From: Phoronis australis
Lineage: Eukaryota; Animalia; Phoronida
Assembly (NCBI GenBank): GCA_002633005.1
Contig: NMRA01000154.1
Coordinates: 602,232-666,231 of the forward strand
Reading direction: 5' to 3'
DNA: 64,000 nt
Below the pieces are notes generated by a model. It did not search any database. It had not been told where the DNA came from and saw only the letters and a program-made list of their open reading frames with translations. This document shows positions 1 to 13,400 of this stretch, in pieces (position 1 is the first letter of the stretch; the number at the start of each line of letters is the position of its first letter). A program made the translations under genes and the position numbers.

Positions 1-509
1 GGGGGGGGGGGGCAACCTAGTTTTTCTATGTGGCTAGATAATACACCTATAAATCAAGTTAAAAAAAAGTTAACCCGGCGTATTCCAGGCGAATGACACC
101 GGGTTGTCTTTCTTCTGAGCGCCAGGCTTGTTCTTTTGTCCGATGACACGAGGCAAACGCCAAATTAGCTACCACGCTGAACGACGGTGTGCGAAATAAC
201 GTTTTGGCTAATTGTTGCGTATTTTCCGCGAAAGACGGATTCTACACTACCTTTTCATAAGGAATACAATTTCAGAAGCAAGCACGCTAAAAAGTCACTA
301 GTCAAAGTTTTTGTCCTTGACATTTCAATTTATGTCAGCCAGAATCATGCCCTTCCAAAGATGACGCTTCGTTATTTCTAGAGACTAGGCTCTAGAAAGT
401 TGGCTTGTCATGACGGTGTGTCAGTTCATGGGCCAATGGTCTCGAGGAGTGCTGGTTTTTCGCAATCTTGAAATTAATTGCTTCTGCCGGCATGCGAGTG
501 AAGTGGAAA

Positions 510-660
510 CAGGGGCGGATCCAGAATTTTGAGTGGGGGTCAGGGTAGAATATTAGCCAGGATTTGCCCGACAGACATTCGCACCCCCGAACTCTGAACA
601 AATGGATGGGAGAATTTTAGGGGGGGGGGCGGCATAGCCTCCTTGCCCCCCCTCAAATAT
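510..660. mobile_element. G/C-run MITE fragment (CAGGGGCGGATCCAG-type end)
   Basis: Similar to 61816-61960 (shared ATTTTGAGT, TTCGCACC, GGGAGAATTTTAGGGGG, TTGCCCCCCCT) and to the terminus of 22648-22795. Confidence 0.55.
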
Positions 661-819
661 AAATATTTTGTAATACGTACACTTTAATTTATTTGAGCCA
701 CGCTTTGCCATATTTATTGACTAGGTTTTGTGAGTGAACATTCAAGCAGGTCTCCAGTCATAAATATAATCAGTGAGTACATGTACGCTCTGTCTGACCG
801 ACCTATCTTAGTGGACATC

Positions 820-1323
820 TGTGCCCGGTTGCATGAACAGTCTCAAATAGGGACTCGGCTAAGTTCCGTCCTAAATCTACTGCGTCAGTATTTGTGGGCA
901 GGGCTTGTGAAAACACCGATTGCCATATCGTATACACTGTCTAAGTCTCATTACAATGCTAATTTTCGGCTTTGATACAAATCAAGAGTGAACTCTAGAA
1001 TTCTCAATAATATTGAAAATAAGTGAGGATTTTTTCATGCAACGCCCCAAATTTAAGGACTAAGTTCCTGATTATTTCATTTAATTAAGGGATCAGTTTT
1101 TAGTTACGTTATTAGAAAATGCCATTAGTTAAAGATACAGTTACAGGAAAATATTACATCAATGCGAAACAAATGCGAAAAGGATTTAGGGAACTCAGTT
1201 GGTCCCTATTTTGGGACTGTGTGCAACCGGACATTGCGCTCTTCTGAAGACGCTTTATACTGTTAAAGTAAAACATCGCGTTTTGTAATGAATTTCTTTG
1301 TTGTTGTTTTCTCTTTACTTACT
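820..1323. mobile_element. Inverted-repeat element; right part repeated at 5731-5893
   Basis: CCGGTTGCATGAACAGTCTCAAATAGGGAC (~825) is inverted to GTCCCTATTTTGGGACTGTGTGCAACCGG (~1202-1230). 1164-1323 closely matches 5731-5893. Confidence 0.6.
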
Positions 1324-1855
1324 CAGGTAGATAATTTGGCTTAAGGTACAAAGCAGGTATCTGGAATACGGTCAAGTATTGTCTCAGGTAGGTCTTTGGC
1401 TTGTAGTATCGTCTCAGGTAAGTTTGTGGTGTATTTTCAGCTATTGTTTCAGGTAGGTAATTTGACTTAAGGTATTGTATCGGGTATAGTACCATGGGTA
1501 TCTGTCAGTGACACCTTCAGGTATTGTCTCACGTAAGTAATGTAAAATGAGTCAATACCATACTTCCTTGCCTCAGATATGAATGCAGAGATTCACATGA
1601 CTTTAAGTCTATCAAAATATACACTATTTAAGTGGTGTTGACACTGGAAGGTATTCATAAATTTAGTATTATCTCGGATAGGTATTTTAGTCATGGTACT
1701 TGGCTCAGGTAGGGATTTTCATCAGTTAGTATTGTATTTTGTTGTCAGCTAAGCTGAAACTGCACAGCTTTTCATGTTCCGTTATAATTTATTACAAACA
1801 GTAGACACAAGTCTCAAAGTCAGGTGCCACATGCGATTTGACATAATGTGATTTT

Positions 1856-2101
1856 CATGCACGCACCCAAGGGGGGGCTCGAAGGAGCCACCCATTTGGC
1901 AAAGTGGACAAAAAGGTCCGCCTCAGAGAAACAAAAAGTGCGAGAAAACAAGAAAAAAGTCCACTGAAAAGGCACAGACGCACAGTGAAGGTGGTACCCC
2001 GTTTTTTTCTTCTTTTTTTAGTCCTCCCACTTTTTTGTCAGCGAAAGGTCCACATCGCCAGAAATTCGAGCCCCCCATATTAAAGGCTGGGTGCGCGCAT
2101 G
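1856..2101. mobile_element. MITE with CATGC(A/G)CGCACCCA TIRs and 5-bp TSD ATTTT
   Basis: TIRs at both ends; ATTTT at 1851-1855 and 2102-2106. Another left end at ~59112 is truncated at an N. Confidence 0.75.
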
Positions 2102-2920
2102 ATTTTAAATACTAATCACTGACACACTTCCAGTTTTTACTATGAATCTCTTTGACTATCCCTGTTGCACAATACAAAGTTAAACTGAGGTCCCATTATA
2201 TGAACTAGACAGCACTAGCCTTGTATCAGTTCCTCTTTGGAATGTCTAACTCAACTCCTGTACAAGAACATACAAGTGTTTTTAGATTATCTCGAGTTAT
2301 GTACAACAATAGTATTTGTACATTATCTCGAGCAAAGAACTACAACTTGTTAACGTGAAGCTGACCACAAAAGTTCTGACACGTCACAAATTCCTGGTGA
2401 GCTACTGCAAAGTTGTCAACAAAGAAATTTCTGACGAGCCATTTCCTTTACAATAGGGTTCGAAACCATGTCTTAAAAACTGTAGAGCCATGATATGTCC
2501 CTTACGTCACAACCTAAACACAAAAACATTATAACTTACAGACAAACATTAACGCAATCGTGATTAATTCACAATGAGAAACATTCAGCAGCAAATACCA
2601 CAGAATGAATGAATGTCTACACTGCCATAGGGTGTAGCACCCACTCACAAAACACAACACTGATATACAGCATAAACAGAACAGCGTTTAAATAAAGCAA
2701 GCAGACACGACTGTACCATGTCTGTACCACGACTAAACAATGCCCCAGGTTGTCTAATTTTGACTGTTTTATAGTATCTTCACTGATGAAATAAACTTCA
2801 AAACTTCATGTAGTCTCACTTTAAGATAAAAATGATGATCTTAACATAACACAACAGTAGTATACACTGCATTCATTAAACCTCAAAGGCAAATTACGAT
2901 TCAACAGAAGTTAACATGTG

Positions 2921-3074
2921 CTTGTATGGCCTCTCGACAGAAAAGTTGAATACACTTGTATGGCCTCTCGACAGAAAAGTTACACACGCTTGTATGGCCT
3001 CTCGATAGAAAGGTTACAGTGCTTGTATGGCCTCTCAACAGGAAAAATTTGCAAACTTTTATGGCCTCTCAACA
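2921..3074. repeat. Minisatellite, ~34-bp unit x4.5 (CTTGTATGGCCTCTCGACAGAAAAGTT...)
   Basis: Directly visible tandem units. Confidence 0.85.
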
Positions 3075-4673
3075 CATCTAATTCTTCATATAATCTCCAG
3101 CTGTGTTCATTTACCAAAGTTTTTTGTTTCTAATCATTTGATAACATGATCACATCTTTCTGCACTGCCCAGACACGCCCATTGTTACCATTAGTTTAAA
3201 ACTCGCCTCTGAGGCCGTTTGCTGCTGTTTGTTTTTTCAATTGAGGAATAGAAAAGAAATTTCAACTGGAAATTTATACTAATAACAGCATCTACTAAAT
3301 AACCGCTGCTAAACACAGTCATGGTGAAATTCTAGAACAATGCCTGGCTGCACCATTTGAAATATGAGGAAGAAGCCAGACAAGCACAAAGCCCTACACC
3401 ACATGTGCCAGTAGTGTCTAAACAACTTCCTGTGCACTGAATCAGCACAGCATCCAGATGACAATCAATCTGTAGAACGGCATTGTGGGAGAGAAGTTTT
3501 TCATCAGTCAAAGTGTCTCGAACTGCTTGATAATTCCTCTCTGACACCTCTTATGTCCGCAACGACGTTTGCAACGGAACAAGTTGATCAGGTGCAATTT
3601 GTACCTCAAACAGCTGTACTGATGTAGAGTTGCTTTTTTTCAAACTGACACGCCTGTCAATCATCTTCCAACTTATGCCATCTGGACACAGCCACAGAAG
3701 TAACAGGAAATCACAACACTACTGGTACAGGGGAGACAACCTGATCCAATCATAAATTGTTATCAATACGCTACTTATATGTCAAGATGTCGCTTTAATA
3801 ACTGAGGATCAACATTACAGTGACGACAAAGTCACGGTGACCTCAACTTAACAAAATTAATAATGCTAAGAAATCATGTTGATAAACTTCAAGTTGACTT
3901 TTAAGACTTCCACAATTATTAGGACAGCAATGTACATGGGTTTAAATGATATGTTCTAAAGATAATTTAAAATACTCAGCACTATCAAAACACAAACCAT
4001 TGGACGCTTATGTTGATGCACATGAAAAAACATTAATGAAAAGATTTGTACGAAAATATTTCATTTAAATAGTTATTCACAGAACCTTAACAAGTACGTC
4101 AGCACATATGGTAGCACCGATATTGAGATCAATGGAAAGTAAAAGGATAGTGAACTACAACAGGGTGTAAGAGTATCTGGGCCAACAAGTACCCCAAAAG
4201 ACATCAAATTTTCAATATGATAACAGTGACCACAGAATACAGACAATCCAGGCCAACAAGTGCCCCAAATGCAGTGACCATAGTATAAAGGGTTTTCAGA
4301 GTTGATGTAAAAGCACAAAAACTTGCATTCCCACTTTTCCACATTACTGTTTCGCCAAGAAATTGCATATGACCTTTCACGTGTGGCACCACCTAGTGGC
4401 AGTAAATTCACTGGTGAAACATTGAACATTAGACGTTACCGAGTGTAAGCTATCAATAGCCACTGTTTCCAATAGTCAACAGTTTAAACAAACACAATGC
4501 TCGTCTTTTTATATGTCAAGGACACCACCATAAGAGCAAGTTGTGCCAACGCAATACTCAACTGATGTTCTATCCACAGTTTTTTTCCATCAATGATTGC
4601 ATAAAATTTTGGACCCAGACAGTGAGCACTTATAACCTTCAATAATTCCACAATGACTCCAGCGTTTGCCAAG

Positions 4674-7600
4674 TCATTTACTAAACTTCTGAATGATCAG
4701 TCTGTACGACATCACCACTACCAATGCTATGGTCGCCACGGCAACAATTTTGGGAAAACCTTTGAAGGAAGTGTCTAACACTTGGTCCTGGAAATAAATA
4801 ATAGATCAAGTGAATGGTATTGCTGTACATTTAATGTAATAAACCCTTTGACAGCCATGATAACTACTATGACACATAGTTCATCAAGCTTGAAAAATGG
4901 TATGATTAATGAAGATAAAATTTAATATTTTAAGCTTATTCAAGCTTGGATAATATTAATCAAGGTTTTCGGGCCAACCCTCTTCAAAGTTGCACACTAA
5001 ACTTGTATAACCTTGCCAGAAACGTTGCAGATGATCTTATTTTCATGGACTTAAGTGTACCCCAGGAGTTATGGTGACACTGAACAGTTAGGCTGTAGCT
5101 GCAGCCAATTTGCACTCCCAAAATATTAAAATCTAGGGGTAGGCCAGGCGTGGGTTTATTTTTTAGTTAGGTATTGCATGTAGGTCAAGTGAATGTGGTT
5201 TGTTTGTATTTGTGAACATGTTGTGAATGAAAAAGAACACTTGCTCGGCTGTAGCTGCACTCTTCTTCAAGATGGTGGCCCCCTGTTGCAATTGTGCATT
5301 GCTGGGTAGTGACAGAAATTGGCCACGATTTCAGGTAGCCCTCAAACAAAAGCCAGATTTGCAAAAAACTAGTTGGTTGACAGTACTTTTGGGCCACATT
5401 TTTGGAATCGATGGGAAATTTGCCTTCAGAATCAAATGTTGGCTTTAGTCGGGCATCTGCAGGGAAGTGGTGGTTCTGGGGTGAAAAGTGCCGATTTTGC
5501 ATTTTTTACCTTGTTTTTCTTAGTCTAGCTTGGTTTTCAGTTGGAGTGAAAGGGTCAAAAATACAAGAGAGAATAAAGTTTCTGTGCTTATCTGTAGGGC
5601 TTGTGATGTGAAATGAATCAAAACTTTTCTTTCTTTGCATGCAGTTTTTGACAGAGTGAAGAAAGGGTGACGAGTCCATTGATGTGTGGTCTGACAGGCA
5701 AACCCCTGTGAGAACTGTTCTGTGCAGGAACGAAACAAATGCGAAAAGGATTTAGGGAACTCAATTGATTCCCTATTTGAGACTGTTTCATGCAACTGGC
5801 CACTGCGCTCTTCTGAAGATGCTTTACACCTATTAAAGTAAAACATTGCGTTTTGCAATGAATTTCTTTATTGTTGTTGTCTCTTTACTTACTGTTGTCA
5901 CGTGGAAACGGGTCATGAAATATACACACTTTGATTACAAGTCAGTAAAAAACAAGCTTTCCTTGGTGACGGAATTCGCTAGATGGTAAGCTTGGATAAT
6001 GTTACGAAACAGAAATGTTACCCAAGCTTGCATAGTACTGATTACCAAAAGGCAAACTTTCCAAGCTTGGAATTTAATGTTGAAAAAGGTGACTCGCCCG
6101 ACAAGCTTTTCCAAGCCGTTTTGACAAGACTGATTTATGTTACTCATAAGTTTTTTCAAGCTAAATGAGCCCAAGTTTATTTGAGCTTGGGTATACTATT
6201 CAAGAAGATGACGTATCATTAAGTTTAACCAGGCTTGGCCAAATTCAGCAAACTACTGTCTCAATCTGTGATGTTGCTCCTGTTACTACAGCAGCTACTG
6301 CTGACGTTGTTGCTGCTGACGTTGTTGCTGCTGTAGGCTACACTCTATTACTATTGCATGTACTGCGCATTTGTAGAACAGTAAACACCACTTACCCAGC
6401 CACCATTGTCCCTTACCCAGGGACACACGACTTTTGAAATGAAGTCAAGTGTCCACTCTAACAATTTGTCAAACAGCTCTGTTTCCCCGCTGTCCAAAGA
6501 GCGCAGAGTGAGACAAGTGCTGAAGGCGAACACTGCAACAATGTTCTCCTTGTTTTTACTACCTCCAGCAGAGAAGAGCTCACCTAGCATATCAGAGAAC
6601 TGTTGCTTTTCTATATTTGGAATATCAGCCTGGAACAAAAAGAAACAAGAGTTGCAAGGTGCTGATCACACACTGGTGCTAAATCTTCATACAGGGGAAG
6701 AAACTCCTCTCAATTTTTTGGGGTGCCACTGAAGACTTGGGAGACATTACATTTTTTTCAAAAGAACTATTACTCCTCATCCCCATCTGCAAAACGTAAA
6801 CCTACAGTAGAGTGAGACAAGTATGTGCTGTACAAACTACTGCATACCATTGTTAGCACACTATGGTTCACCAGAATAGACAAAAGACCTACATACTGAA
6901 TCAGGTCTTGAAGCGTGCATGTAGACGCCATCTAGTAAATCTAGACTATAGGGTGTGCATGAGTATATAAGAATAAAATAAGCCATCTATATGGTAAAGA
7001 AACTTTAAGTTAGTACGTTATCTAATAAGCACTTATCATTATTTTAGTAAAAGCATAATTAGCATAGCTTCTACAGTTCGTTGATTAGGACATTATGATT
7101 AACAATGAAATAGCACAGTTTATCTGGAGACATCATGTGATTATGCACTGACTCAAGCCTGTAGCATGGTTGAACCATGGTCAAGTTCACATGTCAATTA
7201 CTCAACCACAGTGACTGTCTACAGGCGTATTCACTTGGATCTGTTGTCCGTTGTTGACCATAGTTTGGGAAGTTATTTCGACAAAAATCGAAGACCGACT
7301 CTCCTCTTCAGTGTACAGACTTACGTGGAGACATCTCTGGCACAGAAGCTTACACTGGGGGGTGCCATCAAAGGCAGTAGTCAGTCTAAGTATATGTCGC
7401 CGCAGAACATTCCAGCCAGGGTTCATACAGCCATTGGCCATGACTCTGAAACACAGAAACAGTCGCACATAAAGACTTTGGCACGGATTATCAGCCAGGG
7501 ACCTTCACAACACCGCTACTAATCAAGTGATGTAAAACATTTAAGAAATCACTAGAAACAAATTCTAAAGATTGCAGATGGCCTCCACTAGGGTGCATCG

Positions 7601-8087
7601 TTGTAAATCGCCATAATACGATCCCCTAATTACGCAATGCATGCACAAAGACACTAGATAAAACTCTTCTCCATTGTTTTGCACTTAAACAAGCATTCTG
7701 CCAAAGACCACCTAAAAATCCTAAACAAGTGATATTTTCTGGTTTTCTACTGGTCCTGAAAATTTAGCAGCTCTACTGAGCACTATAAAAGTTGACCTCA
7801 TACCTATCCGGAGGGGTCAGCATGGAATGGCATGGTATTCCGATCCCTCTTTTGCCCAATTCAGACCTCAGCAATTCACGGTAAAGATAAAGCCCTTCAT
7901 TTTCAGCCTGATCTCTGACTGGCACTGCTACTGATGGATAATGCGCTAGTTTACTAAAGTCTAATGACAGCCCATGGATGGATGTCCGACGATGGAATTT
8001 GCTGTCCTCACCACTAACATGGCGCACCCGTTGATGTGCAACAGGTCTGGGTTCACTTCCAAGAGAGTTAATGCCATCCGTTGCCAT
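4674..8087 (-). CDS. Bcl-2 family protein (multi-BH, C-terminal TM anchor), about 250 aa, 4 coding exons: 8087-7804, 7445-7325, 6629-6396, 4787-4674
   Basis: GT-AG boundaries with consistent phases (2,0,0) give a 753-nt ORF. It has a BH1-like ELFSAGGSKNKENIVAVFAF, a BH2 WVRDNGGW with the family-typical intron directly after GGW, and a hydrophobic tail IVAVATIALVVVMSY followed by basic residues (QKFSK*). Acceptor ttttag at 8105-8104 precedes the ATG exon; a probable 5'UTR exon donor (GTGAGA) is at 9912. Confidence 0.88.
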
Positions 8088-8893
8088 GGTTACATCTCAG
8101 GTGCTAAAAACAAAAGTAACCGTCAGGAACAACTTATGTAACTGGTTTACCAAGTACTTAATGGTTGAATCACACAAAAACAACCTATTGATTTAATGAG
8201 CTGCAGTTCACATTGGTGACCTCAAATCTGGAGTTGTGAGATTTCAATACTCTCATTAGTCACACGTGTGTGCAACTAAAGTCCGCCAAATTTGTTCACA
8301 GTCCTCTCCGTAACCAGTAAAAGTAAAGGTAACTGATGTGACTTCTAAATTATATATACGACAGAATGGCACATCGTATGGCACTATCGCATGACACTAC
8401 CGAGCAGCGCTTTTGCACAGCACTAGCAAACAACACTATCACCCAACAGCTTTCTCCATGAATTCTCGCATAAAAATGAACATATTGCAAATCAATCTCA
8501 GACTTTTGTTCACCTGTTCATTTCAAGCACTATCACTAATTTCATGACGTGTCAAAAAACATTTATTTATCAACAGAACAACAACCACGTACATGATAAA
8601 GTGACGAAAAAAACGATCTATGTTTCACAAATCAAAACGTGAAATGAAATGGTTTGATTTACACCCAGTTGTATTCGCCATGTTAATTCTGGAGATAATT
8701 CGTGTGTTCACGGGATCTCAATTTCAATGTGCAGGTTAATATTTGATAAGCAATTCGAGTGTGATAGGTTTGGCACTTGATTCTACACTTTCACTGCGCG
8801 GACTTCCAACCCTTTTACTACTGTATGTAAGGGTTGGTTAGTTACCAACTAAAACTACCCAGGCTGTAACGGAGTTCAACACACAGAAGTACA

Positions 8894-9472
8894 TAGACAG
8901 TGAACACCGTCTCTAGCTGACTATGGTGTAGCTCCTATAGGAGCTTCATACTGTGAAAGCTTTTCAGTGAATTTATGCCTCGCACTGACTAAACATCAAA
9001 GTCACATTGTAAAAATACCTTTTGCGTATAGTGGGACACCTTAGTAGGTAGGCCCTTGATGTATTTAATTCCTACCAGCTCGAAGAAATACTCTGCTTTC
9101 AAACTTTTTCTTCAAGCAGTCCTTCATTCAGTTCCCAAAATCGGAAATTCACCATTTTAACACTACGCGTGGCAGGCACAGTATGATGTCATATCCCCTG
9201 CCCTGGCGTGCTCAGTGTAAAAATGGTCAGTTACTGATTTAGGGAACTTAACGAGGGACTGGTCAAAGAAAAAGTTTGATAACGTGAGTATTCTATTCGA
9301 GTTGGAAGGAATTAAAGACATCGACGGCCTCCTGAGGAATTCCTCTAAGCGCAAAGTTATTTATAACGTGACGTGACTGAGGCATAATTCAGCGAAAAGC
9401 TTTCAGCGTATGAAGCACCTGTAGGAGCAAACTGTCTCTACTAAGCCAGCCAGAGACGGTGGTCCCTGTCTA
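8894..9472. mobile_element. Fold-back MITE (whole element an imperfect palindrome), family with 30433-31025 and 32490-32583
   Basis: TAGACAGTGA...CTGTCTA ends; GCTCCTATAGGAGCTTCATAC/GTATGAAGCACCTGTAGGAGC arms; CAAACTTTTTCTT/AAGAAAAAGTTTG inner arms. Confidence 0.8.
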
Positions 9473-9912
9473 AGTGGTACCTATCCTAGTTGTATTTCTG
9501 ACAATCTTCGCACAGCTAGCTGGCTAGCAGCTACACTAACACAGTTACAGGTATTTTTATCCACTCACCTTTCCATTTACTCTTATGAAGAGTAAATGGA
9601 AAGGCGGGTGGAATTAAACTCCCGTGGCTAAGCTACACAGGCACAGTCAGCAACACTTCAACACTGACACAGGGACAGACGACATCCGTAGAGCTCTGGA
9701 GGTTCTATCAACCCACGTATGACGTATGCTGGATACTACACCTACCTTTGTGTCATTAAATCTGCTCACTGTTCTATGAAATGTCGCTCACTTGGAAAAC
9801 TACACGTTCAGTTTCCCAATTACACTAAAATCTTATGACTAATGTATTGTTCTACACGATGTGAGCACGACTAATGAGTAATAGGCCTATATATGAGCTA
9901 TATTTATCTCAC

Positions 9913-10452
9913 CGCTTCAGCGAATACGACGTCCAAAAATAAACCGAGACTATGACCCGGAAGTAAACGAAGTTCGATCTGCACTTTTTGAAACAGGCTG
10001 TGCTGATTGGTCTACTTGTTTTCAGTCCAAAAACCCAAAACGGCTCAAACGGGGTTCGGTTTCGTAAACAAGAACCACCTGGCTCAACAAGTGACCACAC
10101 AACGTTGTATTGACCGCATTGAAACTTTTTAATTTAACGCTTAGGATTTAGAAATAGGTACAACACCTTGCAAGCGGTCCATGACTTAGTTCTCCAGCTC
10201 CTCACTAGTTTCGCATGAAGTCGACCTTCACCTGTTCACCGCCAGGCGCACCAATTTCGGAGAATACGGTGTAGGATTTGTGCTATTTTTCGCACATATT
10301 TACCCATTTCTCAATCATGTAGAAGGTCGCGTGGACAACTGTCCACATTTGTTTCCATCTTTTTCTGTTGTTCTGTTCAGTATTGACGAACAAGAATGAC
10401 AATTATTAACTGGAAACAGTGACCATATTTTGGTCTAACTTCGCGTCAGAAA
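9913..10452. promoter_or_regulatory. Putative bidirectional promoter shared by the Bcl-2-like gene (-) and ELL (+)
   Basis: Only about 540 bp separate the minus-strand 5'UTR donor (9912) from the ELL ATG (10453). Contains an ETS-type CCGGAAGT (~9957-9964), a reverse CCAAT (ATTGG ~10006) and a YY1-like AAAATGGCCG over the ELL start. Confidence 0.55.
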
Positions 10453-13400
10453 ATGGCCGATATCCTCGTCCAAGGCTCGGAATATGGACTAAATTCAACG
10501 AAAAGTGGATCACTTATTGGTGTTCATCTAAAATTAACAGACTCTGCTGTTCGCGCACTTGACGAATATCAAGCAGTTAAGGTCAGTCACAAAGTGGGTT
10601 AATGGTATGCTGCAGTTTTTAAAACATCCATAAAAAAGCGAAGGTCTGTAATGAGTTATTTGATATTTTCTTGAGTGATCACTCATTCAGGAAGCCGGGA
10701 GGCAAGCATCTGTTTCATACTATCAATGTTTAATGAATGGCGTGTGTATTCAGTGACTTCTACTAACACCAATTAATGATGAGTAACATAGAAATGGAAA
10801 CTTGTAAATCAAAAAAATTTATAAATATTTTCACTGTCACTATCATCATTGAGATTACTAATCAAGACATCAAGGAAATACTTAGCACGCACCAACACAA
10901 AATTCTAAAAAGACGCTGAAAAGTGAATGGAAGTTCAAGAGCTGGTCGCCAAAAACTGGCAAGCGAACTTTTTCAGAGCAGTTTGGTACTGTATCGTATT
11001 TTGCAGTGGAGCATAAAGAAATAAGTTGTATCTTCACTATGGTACACAATAGGCTCATTGGTAATTGACCTGTCGCGCAGGACTTTGAGTAATGGCTTAA
11101 GTGACCAATCAGAATGCAGCCTTCTTGACACACCTTTGTTTCCAAGCCACCATTTTACCCGACAAACGACACATTGCGGGTAAAACTTATTGTTTGTTTG
11201 TTGACTATTTTGCAAGGAGGCGTAGCTTAATTGTGATTGGTCAATTAACAGGAAATAAGCATGTTTCTGAGTGAAGCATCATTAGAAACAATTTTGTTAA
11301 TGTTATTTCAAAGCAGTAAAGATGTAGAAATCAAGTTGAAGAGCGCTCGCTGTACAATGCCTGAATCTGTAATCTGGCATCCTAGTAAGTCGGTTCTCAG
11401 CGCAGGCGCATTATTGGAAATGGCACTTACCAAGACATGAGCTGTTCTTTCTGTGCCACTGGTTTATTTTTCAAGAGAATCGGTCTTTCGTCACAGTTTT
11501 GAAAACCTTTACTGGGCTCGAAATTTTTATGCGAGTGGAACTGTTTGAATGAACAATTTTTTCCTTGCTTGGCTTATATATATATATATACATGTAGATT
11601 CGACACGTGTCAGCGAGCAATCTCGACATTATGATTGGCTATCAATGCTTTGATCCATTAACGAATAAACTCTCTGCAAATAGTTCCAGTATCTAATGCT
11701 TAGGAACAGAATTTCTTAATCAAGGTATCAGCGTGGCACTGTTTTTAAGGGCAGGCAGGTACGGTAAACAGATTTATTTAAAATTTGCCTTATGTCCTAA
11801 AGTTAAAATAAAACTCTCTGTGAGTTCAAACGTGATCTTTGTCAAATTTATGTTTTTTGGGAAATGCTAGGTGGTAGACTTGTTTCAGTATACCCAAAAC
11901 TGCCAACACTAGGGTTCATTTGAATTTGATTTGATGCAGCATCGTGGCTCGAAGAAACATTTTTTGTAGAATGCAATTCTCAGTGTAGTTAGCTTTCCTA
12001 CCAAGAGTTGTTTGCCATATCCTCCCTCAAAAGTTTTTGCCAGTGCTAGTAACAGTTACGAGATGTGTTTGAAATATTTGACACGGTTATCATTTTCAGG
12101 CCTTCAATGACCAGTGTCCAAGTATCAAGTTTGATGGCAATACTGGGGTAAGTTGGGCTCTATCTTGTACCTTGAAGTGTTAATCCAGGGACCAATATTC
12201 CAGACTTAATTCATTTGCATTGATAATGCTGATGGCCTGGATGTTATTGTGGTTAGCTGGCATTTTGTTGTTGTCGGCCAAACATTTGATTTGGGCCCTA
12301 CTATCTTAAGGGCCTTTCATACTAACGTCGACGTGTTGATGGTTTGGGGAGTTGTGATCAGTGTGAACGCTTAACTTTGGTCTGGGATCGAAGTTAACAG
12401 CTCCAATTAACATCGCAGCTAACAGGTGGATTTAACAGCGCAGCGTCGACGCTGCGGTGCGGTATGAACGGTCAATTTCAGTCCTATCAAAGTTATCGCC
12501 AGGTGCCACTGTTATCATCAACAATTTCAGGGTAATGTAGTCGCTAATAATTGCAGTTTGCTCGAATAATCACCAATCAAATTAAAAAATAAGTTTTATG
12601 TCAATTAGTACACGTAAATGTTCCCAAATTGTCACATGAAAAAAAATCTTAGCTTGCAGCACTACCTTGGGATTACTTCGATGACAACAGCGTCACCTGT
12701 CGTTTACTTCGATGTTCTTTAGTACCGAAGCCAGTAAACGGTTTAGTTAACTTCGCAGTTAACGTTGACGCTCCGCTTAGACCGGAGTTAAGTCAGTATG
12801 AAAAGGCCTTCTGTTGTGTGATAAGAGAGGGTTAGGGTTGAGAGCTGACGGGTGTGTGGTCATAGTCAAAGAGAGTTGTGGTGGATAACTGTGACGGGTG
12901 CGTGGTTAAAGTCAGAGAGGGTTAGAGTGCAGAACTACAGCTTGTAAGGAACAGGCTGACACCAATTTTATTGCATTGTGGTCTAAATCAAAATTTAAGT
13001 TCTTCGACGGAATGCTGGTTTGTAGAGCTGCTTTTAAAAAAGTTAAATATCAAGATTTGAGCACGTGTTAGAATAATATTGAAATGAAATGCTTATCTTA
13101 AGAGAACGATGAGTATTAGAACAAAATATTCACAAATTTTGTTTGCAGCGTATGCCATTGTTGGTAGTGTGTCACTGTGTTACTTAGCTGTAATTTATGG
13201 ACTAATTTGAAATTAACATAGTGTTATCAAAGAAATCGTTCAGTTTATTTGCAACTTCCCTAAGACCATCATCCCGAGACTAGACTAACCTTAGTCGGTA
13301 GTGGGTTATTCACCTTTAGCTACAAGTGACTGAGGTTCAATTAAGGACCCAGCTGATGTCACCCATAATATGCAGGAGATTACTGCCCAGGTGTATGTGA

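Noticed and set aside
187-4672. Short ORFs from the ORF track
   Set aside because: No domain resemblance or splice-consistent chain; they fall in repeats or the likely Bcl-2-like 3'UTR.
7202-7324. ORF continuation VSLYTEEE...SHCG as Bcl-2 coding sequence
   Set aside because: A perfect CAC|GTAAGT donor at 7324 gives the correct phase; the rest is intron read-through.
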